A stretch of 64,000 bases of DNA from Ginglymostoma cirratum (GCA_024137785.1 JAHRHZ010000009.1:27303874-27367873), one strand, 5' to 3'. Shown: positions 25,701 through 39,200, numbered from the stretch's first letter. Numbers and translations: made by a program. The notes: generated by a model from the sequence alone, not told the origin.

Positions 25701-28700
25701 TTGGAAGGTCTAACTTCATTCTGAATGACCAAAAATGGCATACGAAGGGACCTGTTTGATGGATCCATCCAGTTGATGATGATATTCTTGAACTCTTTAA
25801 GGCATTCATCATCTGAGGCATTTTACTGAATCTATCCTTCTTGACTGTGATCAAAGCATGTGAGATTAATTTTGCAGTCTGAAATCTTTAGTTTTGAAAC
25901 CAATGGATTTATCACCTGATGGGTCGTAATAATATATAGATCTGTGCATATTGGCAGACTAGTAATGAGTGGTCTACCTTTCTCAATGGTTAATAAGAAA
26001 TAGGAACAGGAGTAGACCCCTCGAACTGAAGAGCAATGTAGTGATGTAAGAAGTTTTAAGTCAACATCCCAAGGATTAATATTTGAAGTTAAAATGGACG
26101 ATATCAGTGCATAGGATGTGGGACCCATGGTAAGCAGTTAGCTTATCCTTTGTGGACTGTACCACATTGTGCTGCTTTGTGAGCTCATCTCATATAAATT
26201 GCATAAAGGAATTCTATTTGTACTGGCATCAGTGCCAATTTTGTCATACTGTGTATGACTAGATGCCTATTCATTTTGAGATATACATTAGATGGAGATA
26301 AAGGTTTCAGTTTTTCTGACAGCATTCATATGGTGTTTTGAGTTAACCACCCTTCTGACTGGGGTCTGCATGTAGTAGCAGAAATATATTCATGTCAATA
26401 TACCTTTAAGAAACATACTCATGACATAGTTACTGTATCATAGAATGTGACCTAAATGGGTAAAGGTTTCATACGTCATCTTCACTTGGAGCCACTTGAA
26501 GCATGACAGTCTACTAGAAGCATGTATCTCTGTTGTAATCCAGTAATTTAATGTAAGCTCAGATAATAACATTTTTGTGAATGTGGTGTTTGTACATGGC
26601 TAGCCGTGTTAACTGTCTGTTGGTTTTTTTTCTAACCATGATATCCACATTTCTTATGTTTTGAGAAGTAACATAATCATGGCCACATCAAGTAACCTGG
26701 TGGGAATTTTTTTATTCATTCACGAGATGAGGATGTCACTGTCTAGGCCAGCATTATTACCCATTCCTAATTTCCAGAAGGCAGTTAAGAGTCAGTCCTA
26801 TTTTTTTCTGACAATTGGCAATGGATTCATAGTCACCATTGGACATTTAATTCCAGATTGTTTCTAAATTGAATTCAAATTCCAGCATCTGCCATGGCAA
26901 GATCTGAACCCAGGTCCTGAAGAAGGGTCTAGGCACGAAACATCAGCCTTCCTGCTCCTCTGCTGCTGCTTGGCCTGCTGCGTTCATCCAGCTCTACACC
27001 TTGTTATCCCCAGAACATTACGTGGGTCTGTATATTAACAATCCAGCGACAATATCACTAGGCCATCACCTCCCCAAATAACCCCAAAAGGGGTTAACTA
27101 TTGGACTTTACTGACATGCTCACATGCTATGGGTGGAATTTTGGATTCTTCTTTGGCATTTTTCTTTAGTTGGCCATTCTTCAGATGTTGCTGTGGCACA
27201 TTTTGATGTTTGTGCTTTTCTTTGGGTGAGTGGAATTCTGACACTTTTTAGCCAATATCATCTAATCGACCGTAGCTTTCACATGAACATACAAAATGCT
27301 GGGCACTGTCTTCGTAGCTGAGAATAATTCACATCTCAAACAAAATTTTGGATGTTGCACTGAACTTGTTGATAGCTCCAATGGTTAGTCCAGTGTAAAG
27401 CACTTACAGATGCTATTAGTCTTCTACAATTGCTTTGGACATTTGTCCTTCCAACTGAGCAGCAATGATATACTCGATGGGTTTATCCAAAAATGCTTTA
27501 CGAAAGGATTTGACGGATGTAGAGGAAATGACCAGTTCTAAATCCCTTTCAATTAAGTTAGCTTCAGTAAAATCATGTTCTGTCCCTTAGCATCGATTTC
27601 CACTTACAAACTGGTTGATCATTGAACCTGGCTGTTATCAGTATGACGTGAACTCAGGCCTGTATATTCTAAAATTGACTCAAACTTTAAGTTGATCTTT
27701 TAAAATCTGATATGCTTTGGCAAGGTCTTTTCAGTCATCAATGCAACTACTGCATGATTTTATTCTTCTCAACATCTTACTTCCCAAAGCAAGAACATTG
27801 ATTGCTTTTCTTTCTTTGTCAGTTATCTACAATTGCTGGTAAAGATTGATTTTTCCATTAAAAAAAGTGGAGTTCTGGCAGAACATCAATGGGTTTGCCA
27901 GTCTATCGTTAGGGAATTGCTTTCCATCTTTTTGCCAGTGAAAGAATCACAATTGCAGTGTGTGCTTTTCTGTGCTTTTGTTGGCTTCTCTGCTCTTTTC
28001 ATTTATTACTGAAGATTTAAAAGTTGCTGCTCCCGTAAAAGTTGTAAGCTTGTGCCTGGATGCAATTTCTGTCTGAGAGAAGCAGTATTGACCTCACATA
28101 TACATTTGTTAAAATGTTTTCGTAAAAGTAAAACAGCAGAATCAACTAACGTCCTGAAACACATAAGGCCTCTTTAATTTATTAAATTGAACACTTTATT
28201 GTAGTGTTTTCTCCTCTCTGTATGTTAATTCAGGTTTGCTTGCTTAGTCTGGGGATGTTTGTCAACTTTTAAACAGCTGGTTTTTGGAATTGGAGCTATC
28301 CTGCCCTCATGTTAAAAAAAAGTTCTGTTTTTTTGGAAGATAGGAAGAAAGATCAAGTATTCACTGTGCTTCAACACAGGTTTGTAGCCTTTAGATTTGG
28401 TTATCACACTTCCACATTGGTTGTATTTGTAGCTTTCAAATGGACTGAGACAAATTGATGAATGACTATTTACAACTGCACACTGCTGCCACATTTTCAA
28501 CCTTCACTTACTGCCACTAAATAGCTGTCAATAACTAGGTTTGAGTGCTGACTTGCTGTGCTATGATATGCTTTATTGTTTTCAATATGTTACTTAACAT
28601 AATGTATACTTAAAAGATTTCGGTTCTTGTTGAGATGTATGTCTCAAAGTTTACGTACAACACAATTAAACGACTACACTATCACACGCATACATATATA

Positions 28701-28840
28701 ATCTACTTTCATTGCTAATTGATGTTACTGTGCATTGCGCACAAATGAATGGTGACTGAAGACACTACACTGACTCCATGACCCAGAAAGAATGACTGAA
28801 AGAGAGCTCTATACTTTTATATCTGAATGTCATATATTGT
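25700..28840 (-). mobile_element. Decayed Ty3/Gypsy LTR retrotransposon: 5' LTR ~28565-28840, gag, protease and pol relics
   Basis: Minus-strand LTR has TATAAAAG (~28815) and AATAAA (~28572). gag-like NFRIYRPEFTSY**QPG...ELVISST at ~27500-27700. Protease-like KIGTDASTNRIP at ~26210-26245. pol-like CLKEFKNIIIN.W...KQVP...PFWSF at ~25720-25820. Confidence 0.6.
26705..27075 (-). mobile_element. Shark tRNA-head SINE with a nested Penelope-derived insert (26915-27008, + strand)
   Basis: Homologous to 12583-12817. The SINE head gaacccaggtc|cccagaacattac is split by ctgaagaagggtctaggcacgaaacatcag...ttgttatc. Confidence 0.75.
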
Positions 28841-29040
28841 TAACTCTCCTCCTAAATGTGCGGGTCTGTCTGGTCTGGAGTCTATGCAATATGCAATAGA
28901 CCTTCACTTATTGCTCATCATCCTCATCAGCAGCAGGATGGGGCCCTTAAATGGGCATTAAGAGACCACTTAAGGGCTTCAATTTATGACAGGGTGGTAA
29001 AGCCACAAAAGGTCATTTTACACCAGACTTAATTGGGGTT

Positions 29041-29218
29041 GAACAAAATTAGAATTTGCTGGAAAACTCAGCAGGTCTGACAGCATCTGTAAAGGGTCAC
29101 TGTACCCGAAACGTTAACTCTGATTTTTTTCTTCACAGATGCTGCCAGACCTGCTGAGCTTTTCCAGCAACTTCTGTTTTTGTTCATGATTTACAGCATC
29201 CGCAGTTCTTTTGGTTTT
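29041..29218 (+). mobile_element. Penelope-derived insert with inverted 5' arm (hairpin-forming)
   Basis: Left arm aacaaaattagaatttgctggaaaactcagcaggtctgacagcatctgt is the reverse complement of acagatgctgccagacctgctgagcttttccagcaacttctgtttttgtt. The centre keeps GGGTCACTGTACCCGAAACGTTAACT. Confidence 0.8.
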
Positions 29219-30005
29219 AATCAGGATGGAGATGGGAAGTTGGCAGAGTCTCTGCTTTTGCATCTGATTAAATGCATGCTTGTCACCAAACATACCACAG
29301 GCGAGTGCCCTCAGTTCTGCTTCAGGAAATTTATAACGTGCCTTTAGGTTTTCACCATGTCAGTTGACCTAACCAAAGCAGCCAAAGTATACGGATTTCA
29401 GGTGCCTATGGATTAGAGAAAGGAAAATCGGCCAGCCTTCTTTTTCCTATTTACTATTTGGAAAGATCTGTCAGGTTGTCGTGTGAGTAAGCTATATGAT
29501 TGTCAGTGTGTCGATGTTGAGTGAGTCTAGGATTAGACTTTGCTCTGTTGACAGCATCATTGAATAGCTTGCCAACACGGTGCTTTAGGGTCTAGTTTTG
29601 GCAAGTTATGGCATTGCATTGCACGGTGTGGATAATGGACAAGGAAGTTGAGGACGTCCAGCACCCAAGGAGTTTTGGCCATCAAGGCAGTCAGCACCTT
29701 TTTTTTATTTGGGCAGGAAATAGTTTACAAGGAAAGTTTGCCTTTGTAGAGATTAGCATTAGTTATGTAATAGGAGCAGTTTGGATAGGTTTCAGCTGAG
29801 GGGAGAGTGGTGTCGTTGTTAAGAGTACTGTAGAAGAAAGTTTAAAATGTTTCCCCTTGTGAGGGAGACTAGAACAAGCCACAGTTTAAAAATAAGAGTT
29901 CTCCAATTTAAAACAGAGACAACAAAGATGTTTTTCTCACAGAGTGACATGATTCTTTAAGACTCTCCCATGTCGTGGGGAGGCAGGGTATTACAAGTCA
30001 TACGA

Positions 30006-30334
30006 TCACAGAATCCCTACAGTGTGGAAATGAGCCATTTGGCCCATCGAGCATCCCACCCAGACCCAGACCTCCACACTGTCCCCATAAGCCTATGTTA
30101 CCATGGATAATCCATTCAGCCTGCACGTCCCCGGACACTATGGGGTGATTTAGCATGGCCAATCCATGCAAACTGTATGCCTTTGAACTGTGGGAAGAAA
30201 CCAGAGCAGCCGGTGGAAACACATACAGGCACAGGAGAACGTGCAGACTCCACACAGCCACCCAAGGCAGGAATTCAACCAGCTTCCTGGCGCTGTGAGG
30301 CAGCACTGCTAACCACTGAGCCACTGTACTGCCC
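30006..30334 (-). mobile_element. HE1-type (V-SINE) SINE
   Basis: Homologous to 15193-15498 and 54084-54422. Minus-strand head gggcagtacagtggctcagtggttagcagtgctgcctcacagcgccagg. Confidence 0.85.
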
Positions 30335-30860
30335 AGTCCATCCCACCAATCATTTTGTTCATCAAGGATCTAACCACCCCTGCTTGAAAAATTTTCAATT
30401 ACCCAGCCTCCCCATGACATGGGAAAGAAAGTCTTAAGGAGTCATACCTGTCTGTGACAAAAAAAACCTTTGTTGTCCTTTTCTAAATAGGAGAAGTCTT
30501 AGATTTACGTTGCTTGTTCTAGTCTCTCTCAAAAGATGAAACATTTATTTAGCACCCACACTTTAAAGCTCTGATAGGATCTTGTATGTTTCCAAGATTA
30601 TTGTGCATTCTTCCAGCCTGTTCAACCTTCCAACGTAAGATAATACACCCCACCCTGCACCCACTCACGTTCTTCAAACTACCTCCAAAGTATTGACATT
30701 TTTTTACAAACAAGCAGAACAAAAGTGCACACTGGCCTCCAGATATGGTCTCAATAATACCATGTATAACTGTAGCAAAAGATCTTTACTTGTACAGTCC
30801 ATACCCCTTACAATAAACAACATTCCATTTGCCTTCCAAATCACTTGCTGTACCTGTATA
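30335..30860 (-). mobile_element. Old CR1 LINE fragments
   Basis: actggcctccagatatggtctcaataataccatgtataac is the reverse complement of the Y...LRP.LE..VHF RT motif. Similar to 40300-40450. Confidence 0.5.
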
Positions 30861-31379
30861 TGAACAAATAGCATTCAAAGAAAACTGGAGAATTAGAATT
30901 AATGACTAAAGAGGCATACAATATGATGTTTATAACAGAGATGTTTTGGTTTTAACAGAACTGGAAGATTGATTTTATCTGGATATGATGTTTTCAGGAG
31001 GGGTAGAAACAGGAGAATGTTACTTTTGGGAATACAACTAATAATTAAAAAATTATATCATGCTGCTATAAAGCAACATTTTAGGGATAGCAAATCCTTA
31101 TGGATACATTTATGCATCAGGATGAAATATGGTGGAGATGAAGGAAAGGGAGACATGTACATACAGTTTAGAAAAAATGTGATATGACCAGTTATGGGCG
31201 ATTTAGACCATTAAAAGTCAGTGCAGGACTAAGATGAATTAAGTGGTAAAAGTGTAAAATATTCTTTTGAATGTCCTAAACTGGAATGCTTTTGGTTTAA
31301 CAAAGGCCAAAGCTTGATTTCCTTTCTGGAAAGCACTGTGGGCTAGAATAAAATCATGAAAATCTTAGTGGACAATAAG

Positions 31380-31562
31380 CAGATTTCACATCAGAGAGAG
31401 ATAACTGATGGTGGTCTAACCTCAGGATCATCATGCCTCATGTTAAGGAAGAGGTTGATAAAAGAGTCCTTCATGGTAACCTCCATGAAGTTGAATCCAC
31501 GCTGTTTGCATTACTCTGCACTGCAAACTAACCATGCAGCCAACTAAGCTAACTGAGCCCCT
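31380..31562 (-). mobile_element. tRNA-head SINE (different family), decayed
   Basis: Minus strand gggctcagttagcttagttggctg...gcgtggattcaacttc has A/B-box-like motifs. A related body is at ~4390-4520 (+). Confidence 0.5.
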
Positions 31563-31785
31563 GAAATGGAATTAATGATCAATAAACAGGACAATTGCAA
31601 AAAGCTATAACTAAACTGTTGAAATTCATGTGAAAATTATAAAGATAACAAATAGTGGTTGGTGAAAACACAGCTCAGTGAGATAAGGTGTGATCCATCC
31701 AGCATTAACCAGAATGAAATGTAAAAAAGCATAAGGTATCAGCTGTAGACCATCTTGAATAAGAAAATATATAAAATAAACTATC

Positions 31786-32153
31786 AGAGATAGCAAGAAC
31801 TGCAGATGCTGGAGTCAGTCAATACAGTGTGGAGTTGGAGGAACACAGCAGATCAGGCAGCATCAGAGGAACACAAAGTAGACATTTTGGGCCAGGACCC
31901 TTCATCTGGACTTGGGAGGGAGAAGGGAGCCGGGAAATAAATAGAGGGAGGAGGGGTGGGGCTGGGGGAAGGGAGGTGGGATGGCGATATGTGGATGCAA
32001 GTCGGGAGTGGTGGGGATCAGTCAGTGGGAAGAGTGGGGCAGATAGGTGGAAGAGAAGATAGACAGGTTGTGTCAGGTCAAGGAGGCGGGGATGAGAGGA
32101 AGGGTTGGACATGAAATGAGGCCGGTTTCAAAATCGTCTCACCCCCGGCCACT
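31786..32153 (-). mobile_element. Penelope-like element 3' end with short inverted 5' segment
   Basis: Clear homologue of 4560-4930. Hammerhead relic AGTC-CAGATGA-A-GGGTCCTGGCCC-AAAATGTC-TACT on the minus strand (~31878-31912). 32124-32153 is an inverted copy of the adjacent element sequence. Confidence 0.8.
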
Positions 32154-32769
32154 CTAATATTCTGAAATCCACAATTTTATTTAAAGAAGGTGGAAAAGAG
32201 CTGACAGACTGCCAAAAAATGTACCGTCTTCTCAAAAATAAAAAAATGTAGTTGGAGATGTTGTAACCATTCATGCTTGATGAGAAAGGTGATATAGTAG
32301 GGATACTAAACAACTTATTTTGTGTTAAGTTTTTACAAATGATAGTGCGATTCTATTAGAGGAGAACATGGAACAATCCTTAGAGATAATTCTGGAAAGG
32401 TATTATTACTGGCAGTGGGGCAGTTACAGTCTGATGGCTTTCACCAGTGATGCAGAAGGAAGTCCAAAAGAAAGCAATAGAATCTTTTGCTATAATTTTC
32501 TAATCTTCCTTAGTTTTAAAAATTATGTTGACGGAAGCGACTTCTATTCTCTGCTCACATAATGCTAATAAACCAGCTGTGTGTTACCAGCATTTTGCAT
32601 TCCCGGTTCTTAAATTATTAATGATAATCATTTACACTGCAGTTTGATATTTATTTACAATGTAGTTTGTTTTTGTAGCAGTTTACATGGTGGACAATCA
32701 AATAAAAATTGATATTTCATTGTTGGTTGAATCTTCTCACTGAAGAAATTAGTTTCAAATTTAAGGCAA

Positions 32770-34434
32770 AAATAATAAATCACAATTTATTTTGTATGAA
32801 ACATTCACATTTGTAGTGTATTAAAGGCATTAGAAAGAAAAAACAATGCTTTACAATAAAATGAATATAAGAAATACACAGAAGAGAAAAATAAGCATAA
32901 AATGTCACTTTCAGAATGATAACGTTATTGTCACATTTTCACACGTGGGATTCGATTACATTTCTGGCATATAAGAGTAGCAGAAATAATTGCTGGAATA
33001 AGGAAACTGTAGTCAGGACAATTTATATTTAGAAATGCACTAGAGCTAACTCAATTCAAGAAAGTTGGTGTCATCTCAACAATATATACAAGAAATTCAG
33101 AAAGAATTCTCATCAATGATGTAATAACGCTGAATCCAGCTATGCATTAATTAAATGTTAAATAATTGTGTATTTTGAAATGATTTTTAAAAAATATACA
33201 TTTACTATTTTAACAAAATAATACTGAAAACCTTGCTGTCAAATGCATTTTAAAAAATGGACAGGAAAGATGTGACTTAATTTGCTGAAAATCTGGTGTG
33301 TTCAATGAAAATGAAGCTTTTTGCACTTATGGTTAGAGCCATGATGGTAAAAGATAAGTCCTAATAGTTGCAAGTCCTAACATAACTGGGTAATTCTTAC
33401 TGCATGGTTGTGACAGCAGGCAGAAGGTGGGATTGGGAGGGGGGGAGGCAAGTTTCCTTTTTGCTAGTTGTAGTGAAATTTTAAGCATCTTTGCTGTTGC
33501 TGCATTCACAATTTTCCTCCAAATAGCAAAGCAAGAAGAAATTTCCATCCTAGTTCTTCTTTCAATGAGAGAATATTCATTGAGGAACAGCAATGCAAAT
33601 TGTATCAGTTTAACAAAGTCAACTTCAGCACATCAAAACCTTCGTTACAGAATGTTGTGGGGGATCAATGTTTTTGTTATGGGTTTCAATGCACGTGTGA
33701 CTATTCACAGCTCAGTTGTATTTTTTAAATAATGTGATTTAAGTGCTTTACTTATGCAAATAATTGCTGTGTGTCTACTGGTATCACATGCCATTATGAT
33801 GTTGATGCAACATCCAAGGATGGTGTAATAGAATATCTTTACCATGTATGCAGCTATATGAGTAAAATGCAATTATGAATAAAATGCAATTAAAGTAAAA
33901 AGGGCAATGGGTCCGGCCCAAAATCCATTTTATGACCATTGCTCGTGAAAGGTTAAGAGGATCTAGAGACTATGTCCTATTTAACTTACTGATACCCACG
34001 TATTATCAAATAATATATGATACTTGAAAGCTGGTTATCTTATCTTGTGGCTCAGGCTCATTAATCTGTAATACATTTTGCAAATGATTAAGAGTTTGGG
34101 ATGATGTGGTGACCCAAAAGTGCAGAGTTAGACCATTCAAGTGCCTTAACAATGGTTTTCCCTATCAGCTGGTCTGTCTTCATTTCCTTCCATCCTTATT
34201 TACTCTTTAGGCTGCAGAGAATGCTTAAAGGCTGTGTGAGTTTTTAAGACGGGTCTTTCCTTACATGAAGTATTTATCTCAAATAGACTGCAGCATCTGC
34301 CCTTTCTTTGGGAAAGCTCTATGATTTTCAATTTGGACTTCTGTCGTTCATGATAACAATAAGATCTTTTTGCACAGTATTTGGCACTGCCAGCATTCTT
34401 TCTGGAGATGGATGTGTGGAACACGGCCTCTGTT
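32770..34434 (-). other. Probable 3' UTR of the endothelin receptor gene
   Basis: AT-rich stretch with no recognisable repeats between the stop codon and an AATAAA followed by U-rich sequence. The end position is inferred. Confidence 0.6.
32786..32791 (-). promoter_or_regulatory. Candidate polyadenylation signal AATAAA
   Basis: tttatt on the plus strand, followed on the minus strand by U-rich atttattatttttgcc. A second AATAAA sits at 32650-32655. Confidence 0.6.
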
Positions 34435-34587
34435 TTAGGATGAACTGTATTTATTACTGGAACGTGAATTACTGTGGTCTAGCCCATGGTCGATACCATT
34501 TGACTTCCATTTGATGCAGGACTGCTTTTCATCCAAGGGCAACACGTGCATCATTGTCTTCCTCTGGAACCAGCAGCAAAGGCAGGA
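34435..34587 (-). CDS. EDNRB: Endothelin receptor type B family, last coding exon 7 (C-terminal tail and TAA stop)
   Basis: Hand translation [50 protein letters not shown]. Acceptor tatacag|. It ends in the ETB-family SNKYSSS terminus. Confidence 0.96.
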   Translation of the reverse strand, partial: SCLCCWFQRKTMMHVLPLDEKQSCIKWKSNGIDHGLDHSNSRSSNKYSSS

Positions 34588-36070
34588 CTGTATATAACAA
34601 AGAAAGCTTTATAACTCCCATTCTAGTAAGCAAAAGAGAAAGTCTAGAACAGCTTAGTTAACATCAGTTGACTAATGTTCTTCAAAGATGGACACAATGA
34701 AGCAAACCCACAAGAGACTATATGCAAACCACTTTGAGACAATTGGAGAAACAACGCAAATTTACGATGTGGGGCACTTTATATTTCTTTTCAGGTATCT
34801 ATTACTTTTCTCTCTTTCTGTTATTTTTGTGTGTATTGCCTCAGTCCTAGGCTATACCTCTGTGGCTTTTTCTAAGGCTATTCTTTCATATGTAAATGTA
34901 ACGGCTTTCGAGGGTTACTCGCCCACTTATTCCCTTCTGCAACTTACTGGGAAAGCCTAGCTGTACATCCTGTGCCTCTGTCCTCTCAACCAGGCCTATC
35001 AGTGACTTCAATTAGTTTGCTATGTCAGAAATTTTGCGCATTAATTTATATGTCTAAATGGACTATAAGATACTCTGTTGATCGAAGGTAATAATGTTGC
35101 AAACTCAGGTCAGCAACTACACCTATAATACTCCAATTGGCTGTCAATTTTCATTGATAAGTCACGTAAGTGAATCATTAATGCACAGGAAGCCATTTGA
35201 ACAATTGGGCCTATGTCGACATTTTGATAATCATTCTACTTCCTTGCTTTCCCCCTACCCCAACACCCTGCAAGAGCTGTTATCGTTCTTAAGATTTCAG
35301 TTAAATTTCATTATTATAATTCCGTTTAAATCCTCAGACAGAGTTTATCATTATTGACACATTTGACTAATGTGGTTAAGTTGACTACTGGATGAGACAC
35401 AAAAGCATCCATTTAAGTCTCTATAACTAACTGTATACTATTTTAATATTAAATATAGTTAATGCTAATGAAATTATTTGCATTTGTAGCTAAGGCAATA
35501 GAATTATGACACACAATTTTCATTTTCTTTATGAGAAGCATTTTATTCTCAATTTGTCGTAAGTATTTTTATTTTGTGGAAAATAGTTACAAATCTATTG
35601 CAGCATAAGATTGGAATATGATTGAAGCAGGTTAAATAAATTAGTCAGGTCACCAGATAGTTCATCACCAGTGTTTCAGAAAATACAGACTCCCTGCAAT
35701 ATGTAGCTAAAAGCATGCATGCACAGTTAAGAATGTTGCATTTAGGTCTGCTGCTCGCTGAAGACTCAAGTTTGACATTTTAATCACTTTTAAGTTATTT
35801 AAAATCTGCTATTGTTTCAAAAGGAAATGAGTAGAATCCTATTTTTTACAGAAGTTCACATTATGTTTGCCTGAAAGTAAGTGGCTTGCTTCGATGGAAA
35901 TATAAGGCACTGTCAAGTTTCCATGTACCTTGAAGGACTAGTAATGCCCCCTATAAATGTTTGCAGTTTATTTATTCTGTTTAGGGGCACTAATATTGTA
36001 ACCAAGTTCTGTGCTATCCTTGATCACTGTTCCACACATGGCTACTCTAGGAGTCATGACTTATTGAGGT

Positions 36071-36208
36071 ATAGTCGGAGCAAATTATTGCAGAAGCTGG
36101 AATCTGTACTGAAAACAACAAATGCTGGGAATCACAACAGGTCCGGCAGCATCTTTGGAGAGAGAACAAATGAATGTTTCGAGTCTAGGTGATTCTTCAT
36201 CAAAGCGG
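36071..36208 (-). mobile_element. Short Penelope-derived insert in intron 6 with 10-bp TSD
   Basis: TSD ttattgaggt at 36061-36070 and 36209-36218. Minus strand TTGATGA-A-GAATCACCTAGACTC-GAAACATT. Confidence 0.75.
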
Positions 36209-39200
36209 TTATTGAGGTGGATGACCAGGGTGGTCAATTAACACATTAGTGGCTGAGATTGTAAACTGGAACTATCCTGGTCTTTTGTTTCTGAGCATTT
36301 TACCACGTAATACATAAAAAATGTTACATAAAATGTTTTGAGTATGCTTTACTAATTTAATTTAAAAAATAAAAATGCTGTCTTACAATACTGCTATTTA
36401 TTTTCAGGCTGCATCAGATACATTACTGACATTGAAAACTCCAGAGTGATCGTTAAATAACTTGTACATTATACACTGAGGTGTGACTTTCGAAATAATG
36501 ATATTTAATGAAGCAGTTCAGGTAGAACTCCTCTCATCAGTTTAGTGAAAAATACACATTGTCAGACCACGTGACTTGGATTATCATCCCTGAAGTGGGT
36601 TATTGAAACGAAAAAAAACACAATTGTAATGAGTAATTACATTTAGTGTCATTAACTTGCAATGAAATGTTTGCTAGTAAAGCAATAAGAGGTGCTTTAC
36701 AGACCTACCTAATAAGATGGAACTTAGTCTAACATTGGCAACACAAAACCTATACGTGAGATTGTACCGTCATTTGCTTAATTCCACATTGGTAAAACAA
36801 GAACTATTTGTGAATTAGCTGAAAGAGTGCACAGTACATTGTTCTACCTGCTGGGTGGAGATTTGTCAATAAAACCCTTCTTCCTTCACCGTCTCTCATT
36901 CTCTTTTGGACATTATCTGCCATAAGAGGCAAGTTACTAAAGTTCAGCCTTTACAGACATTTGAAATTGTAACTCATTGCTCAAAAACTATAAACGTGAC
37001 TGTTTTTACTTTGGAAAACAGCTTAACCATTTGAACTGATGGTAGCGTCCAGACTCTTAAAGTCTTTGAATTATTAAATAAGCAAATTATTACAGTTGTG
37101 ATCATTGTGCATTGGCACCAGACCCACCAATGGGAAAATTGTATGTTTCATTGACAATAATGCATAAATGGGTTCCTTTGTAACACGGAGAAACTAAGTC
37201 TGCAGGAATCAATTTATAATAGCCTCAAAAACCTTATTGTCAAGCAGGGACACTGGACAAAATTTTAGTCTCCCACACAACATGCATGCAGACATTCTGT
37301 TAGATTGTCAAATGAAGCAACAGCCAAGAATGCCAAATTGTTACTTCATTCTATCCCTCTGCGGCTTCTAGCCAGTGGTCCATTTGGACTTTTGAAAGTT
37401 CCATCCAAATCAAGTTGTTTTCTTAAGATATTCAGAGGAGGCAGGAAAAAAAGGTGATCTTCCATTATGCATGCGATGGTTGCACTGGATGCTGTGTACT
37501 TTAGGAAACCTCTTGATTTTCCATGCTTTAGCAGCCATAGCTTTAGCTAAGTTATTCTCTATATTTTTCTGTATTTCTGTATTTTTCTCTATTTACATTT
37601 TCAAGCTAGTCTCCTGGATGTCTATCCTTACTATTCTCCTGGATGTCCATACTCATTCAATTCTGGCCTCTTGAACACTCCAAAGCTCCAACTTTTGATG
37701 GCTGTTTCCTAAGCTGTCTCCATCCTCTCCTCTGTAATTTCTGACCCAACCTCTTGGCTTCTATCTCTCTCCACAAAACCTACTTCTTTGATCAAATTTT
37801 AGGTTTTTTTTATCGTGGGTAACCAATTCATATAAGTACACAGGCCCTTCCAAATTTTTTTTTGTCACAGTAACACATGGATGGTAACTTAAAGAGTTGG
37901 TTTGTGTGGCTGGGCAGCTTACAGAGAACAATGATCATCAGTCCCCATATCACTTGTCCAGATGTCCAGTGTCAAGTTCTGTTTGATATCACTTCAGGAA
38001 TTTTACTGTATTAACGGCACTAGATACATGCAAGTTGTTGTTGATGGATGGTCCTCTTTCCAGAGGAGACTGTGCCAACCATTATGCTGTAAGGATCTTT
38101 GGAAATAGCAAAACATATCATGTTAAGCTTTATGTGATCCTGCACTAGAGACATACTAGTGATTAAGGGAGAATGTTGCCAACTAAGTCTTAGTGTAGGT
38201 GCTGGCATATCTTGTTGCCAATGGTTGCAATATTATGGCCATCCAGACTCTAGGCTATGGTACATACAGATACAGATACATTTTCTGTAAGCATATCTGC
38301 AGCTGTAATGCAGTTAACATCTTGAACTCGCAGGGGTAGTAAGAGTCAGCTTGTCCTAAAATTTGGTTGCCTCTTTTGGTAGCCATGTTTCAAAACTGTT
38401 TATAAGTGTGGAACCTGAAGTGGCAGAGAGGGCCAACCTCCTCATAAGCATTCCATCTGCAATCGCTTCTAACTTCAAAGGATATGAATTAGTGGCTTTA
38501 TTTGTTGTTCAATTGCCTACAGATCTGGTTGAATTTTGGTTCCTTTTCCTTAATTTTTCCCTGTTGCATCTTGTTCACTCATATTTGCAGCTTTGACAGA
38601 TGCCAATGATGCTTTGCAATGCTTAACAGGTGGCTTTCTGAAAACCAGTTGAAATTATGCCCACTTCTCATTTTGTGGCACTGCCCTATTATTGTCCCAT
38701 CATTTTGCACGCCACTTACACAATGTCTTTCTCTCTTTCTCTCTCTCTCCACATTCCTTTCAGCCCTAGACTTACATGAATCAGTGTCTGGTGTTGTGAA
38801 TAAATTATGTTAATGACTTTAGCCCAGTGAATGGAATGCTCCTTGCACATGGTCTTTCAGATGGGATCTGCGCCAGCTCTACTTTGAGATTTGAAGATTG
38901 ATATAAGCCCTTTGACGGATTATGGCACAAAAGACAGCCATTCAGCATGTCAAGACAATGCTGAGTCTCTGCATATTTGTACAACTGCCATAAAAAGTCC
39001 AGACATCCTTATATGATGTATAATTTATTATTTGAATTATTAATTTTAAAATATATGGTTATTTAAAATATATGAATCATAAGTACGTTTTTGATTAGAT
39101 AATTGTCAGATAAATCTGAAAATGATTAACACTTTAAGTTCTATCATTAAATGTATACTTTTATCATTAAGCTTCAACTTTAGGAGCAGCTCTGAATCAA

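Noticed and set aside
29041-29190. Long hairpins as possible pre-miRNAs or DNA-transposon TIRs (also 53639-53770, 55490-55615)
   Set aside because: The arms are identical to the Penelope tail found in single orientation elsewhere, and TSD lengths vary from 10 to 14 bp. Retro-insertion with inversion explains them better.
34450-34455. AATAAA just before the receptor stop codon
   Set aside because: It results from the conserved Asn-Lys codons of SNKYSSS. There is no evidence that it is a used poly(A) signal.
37555-37660. Short direct repeats (tatttttct, ctcctggatgtc twice)
   Set aside because: Low-complexity slippage beside an L2 remnant with no regular array.
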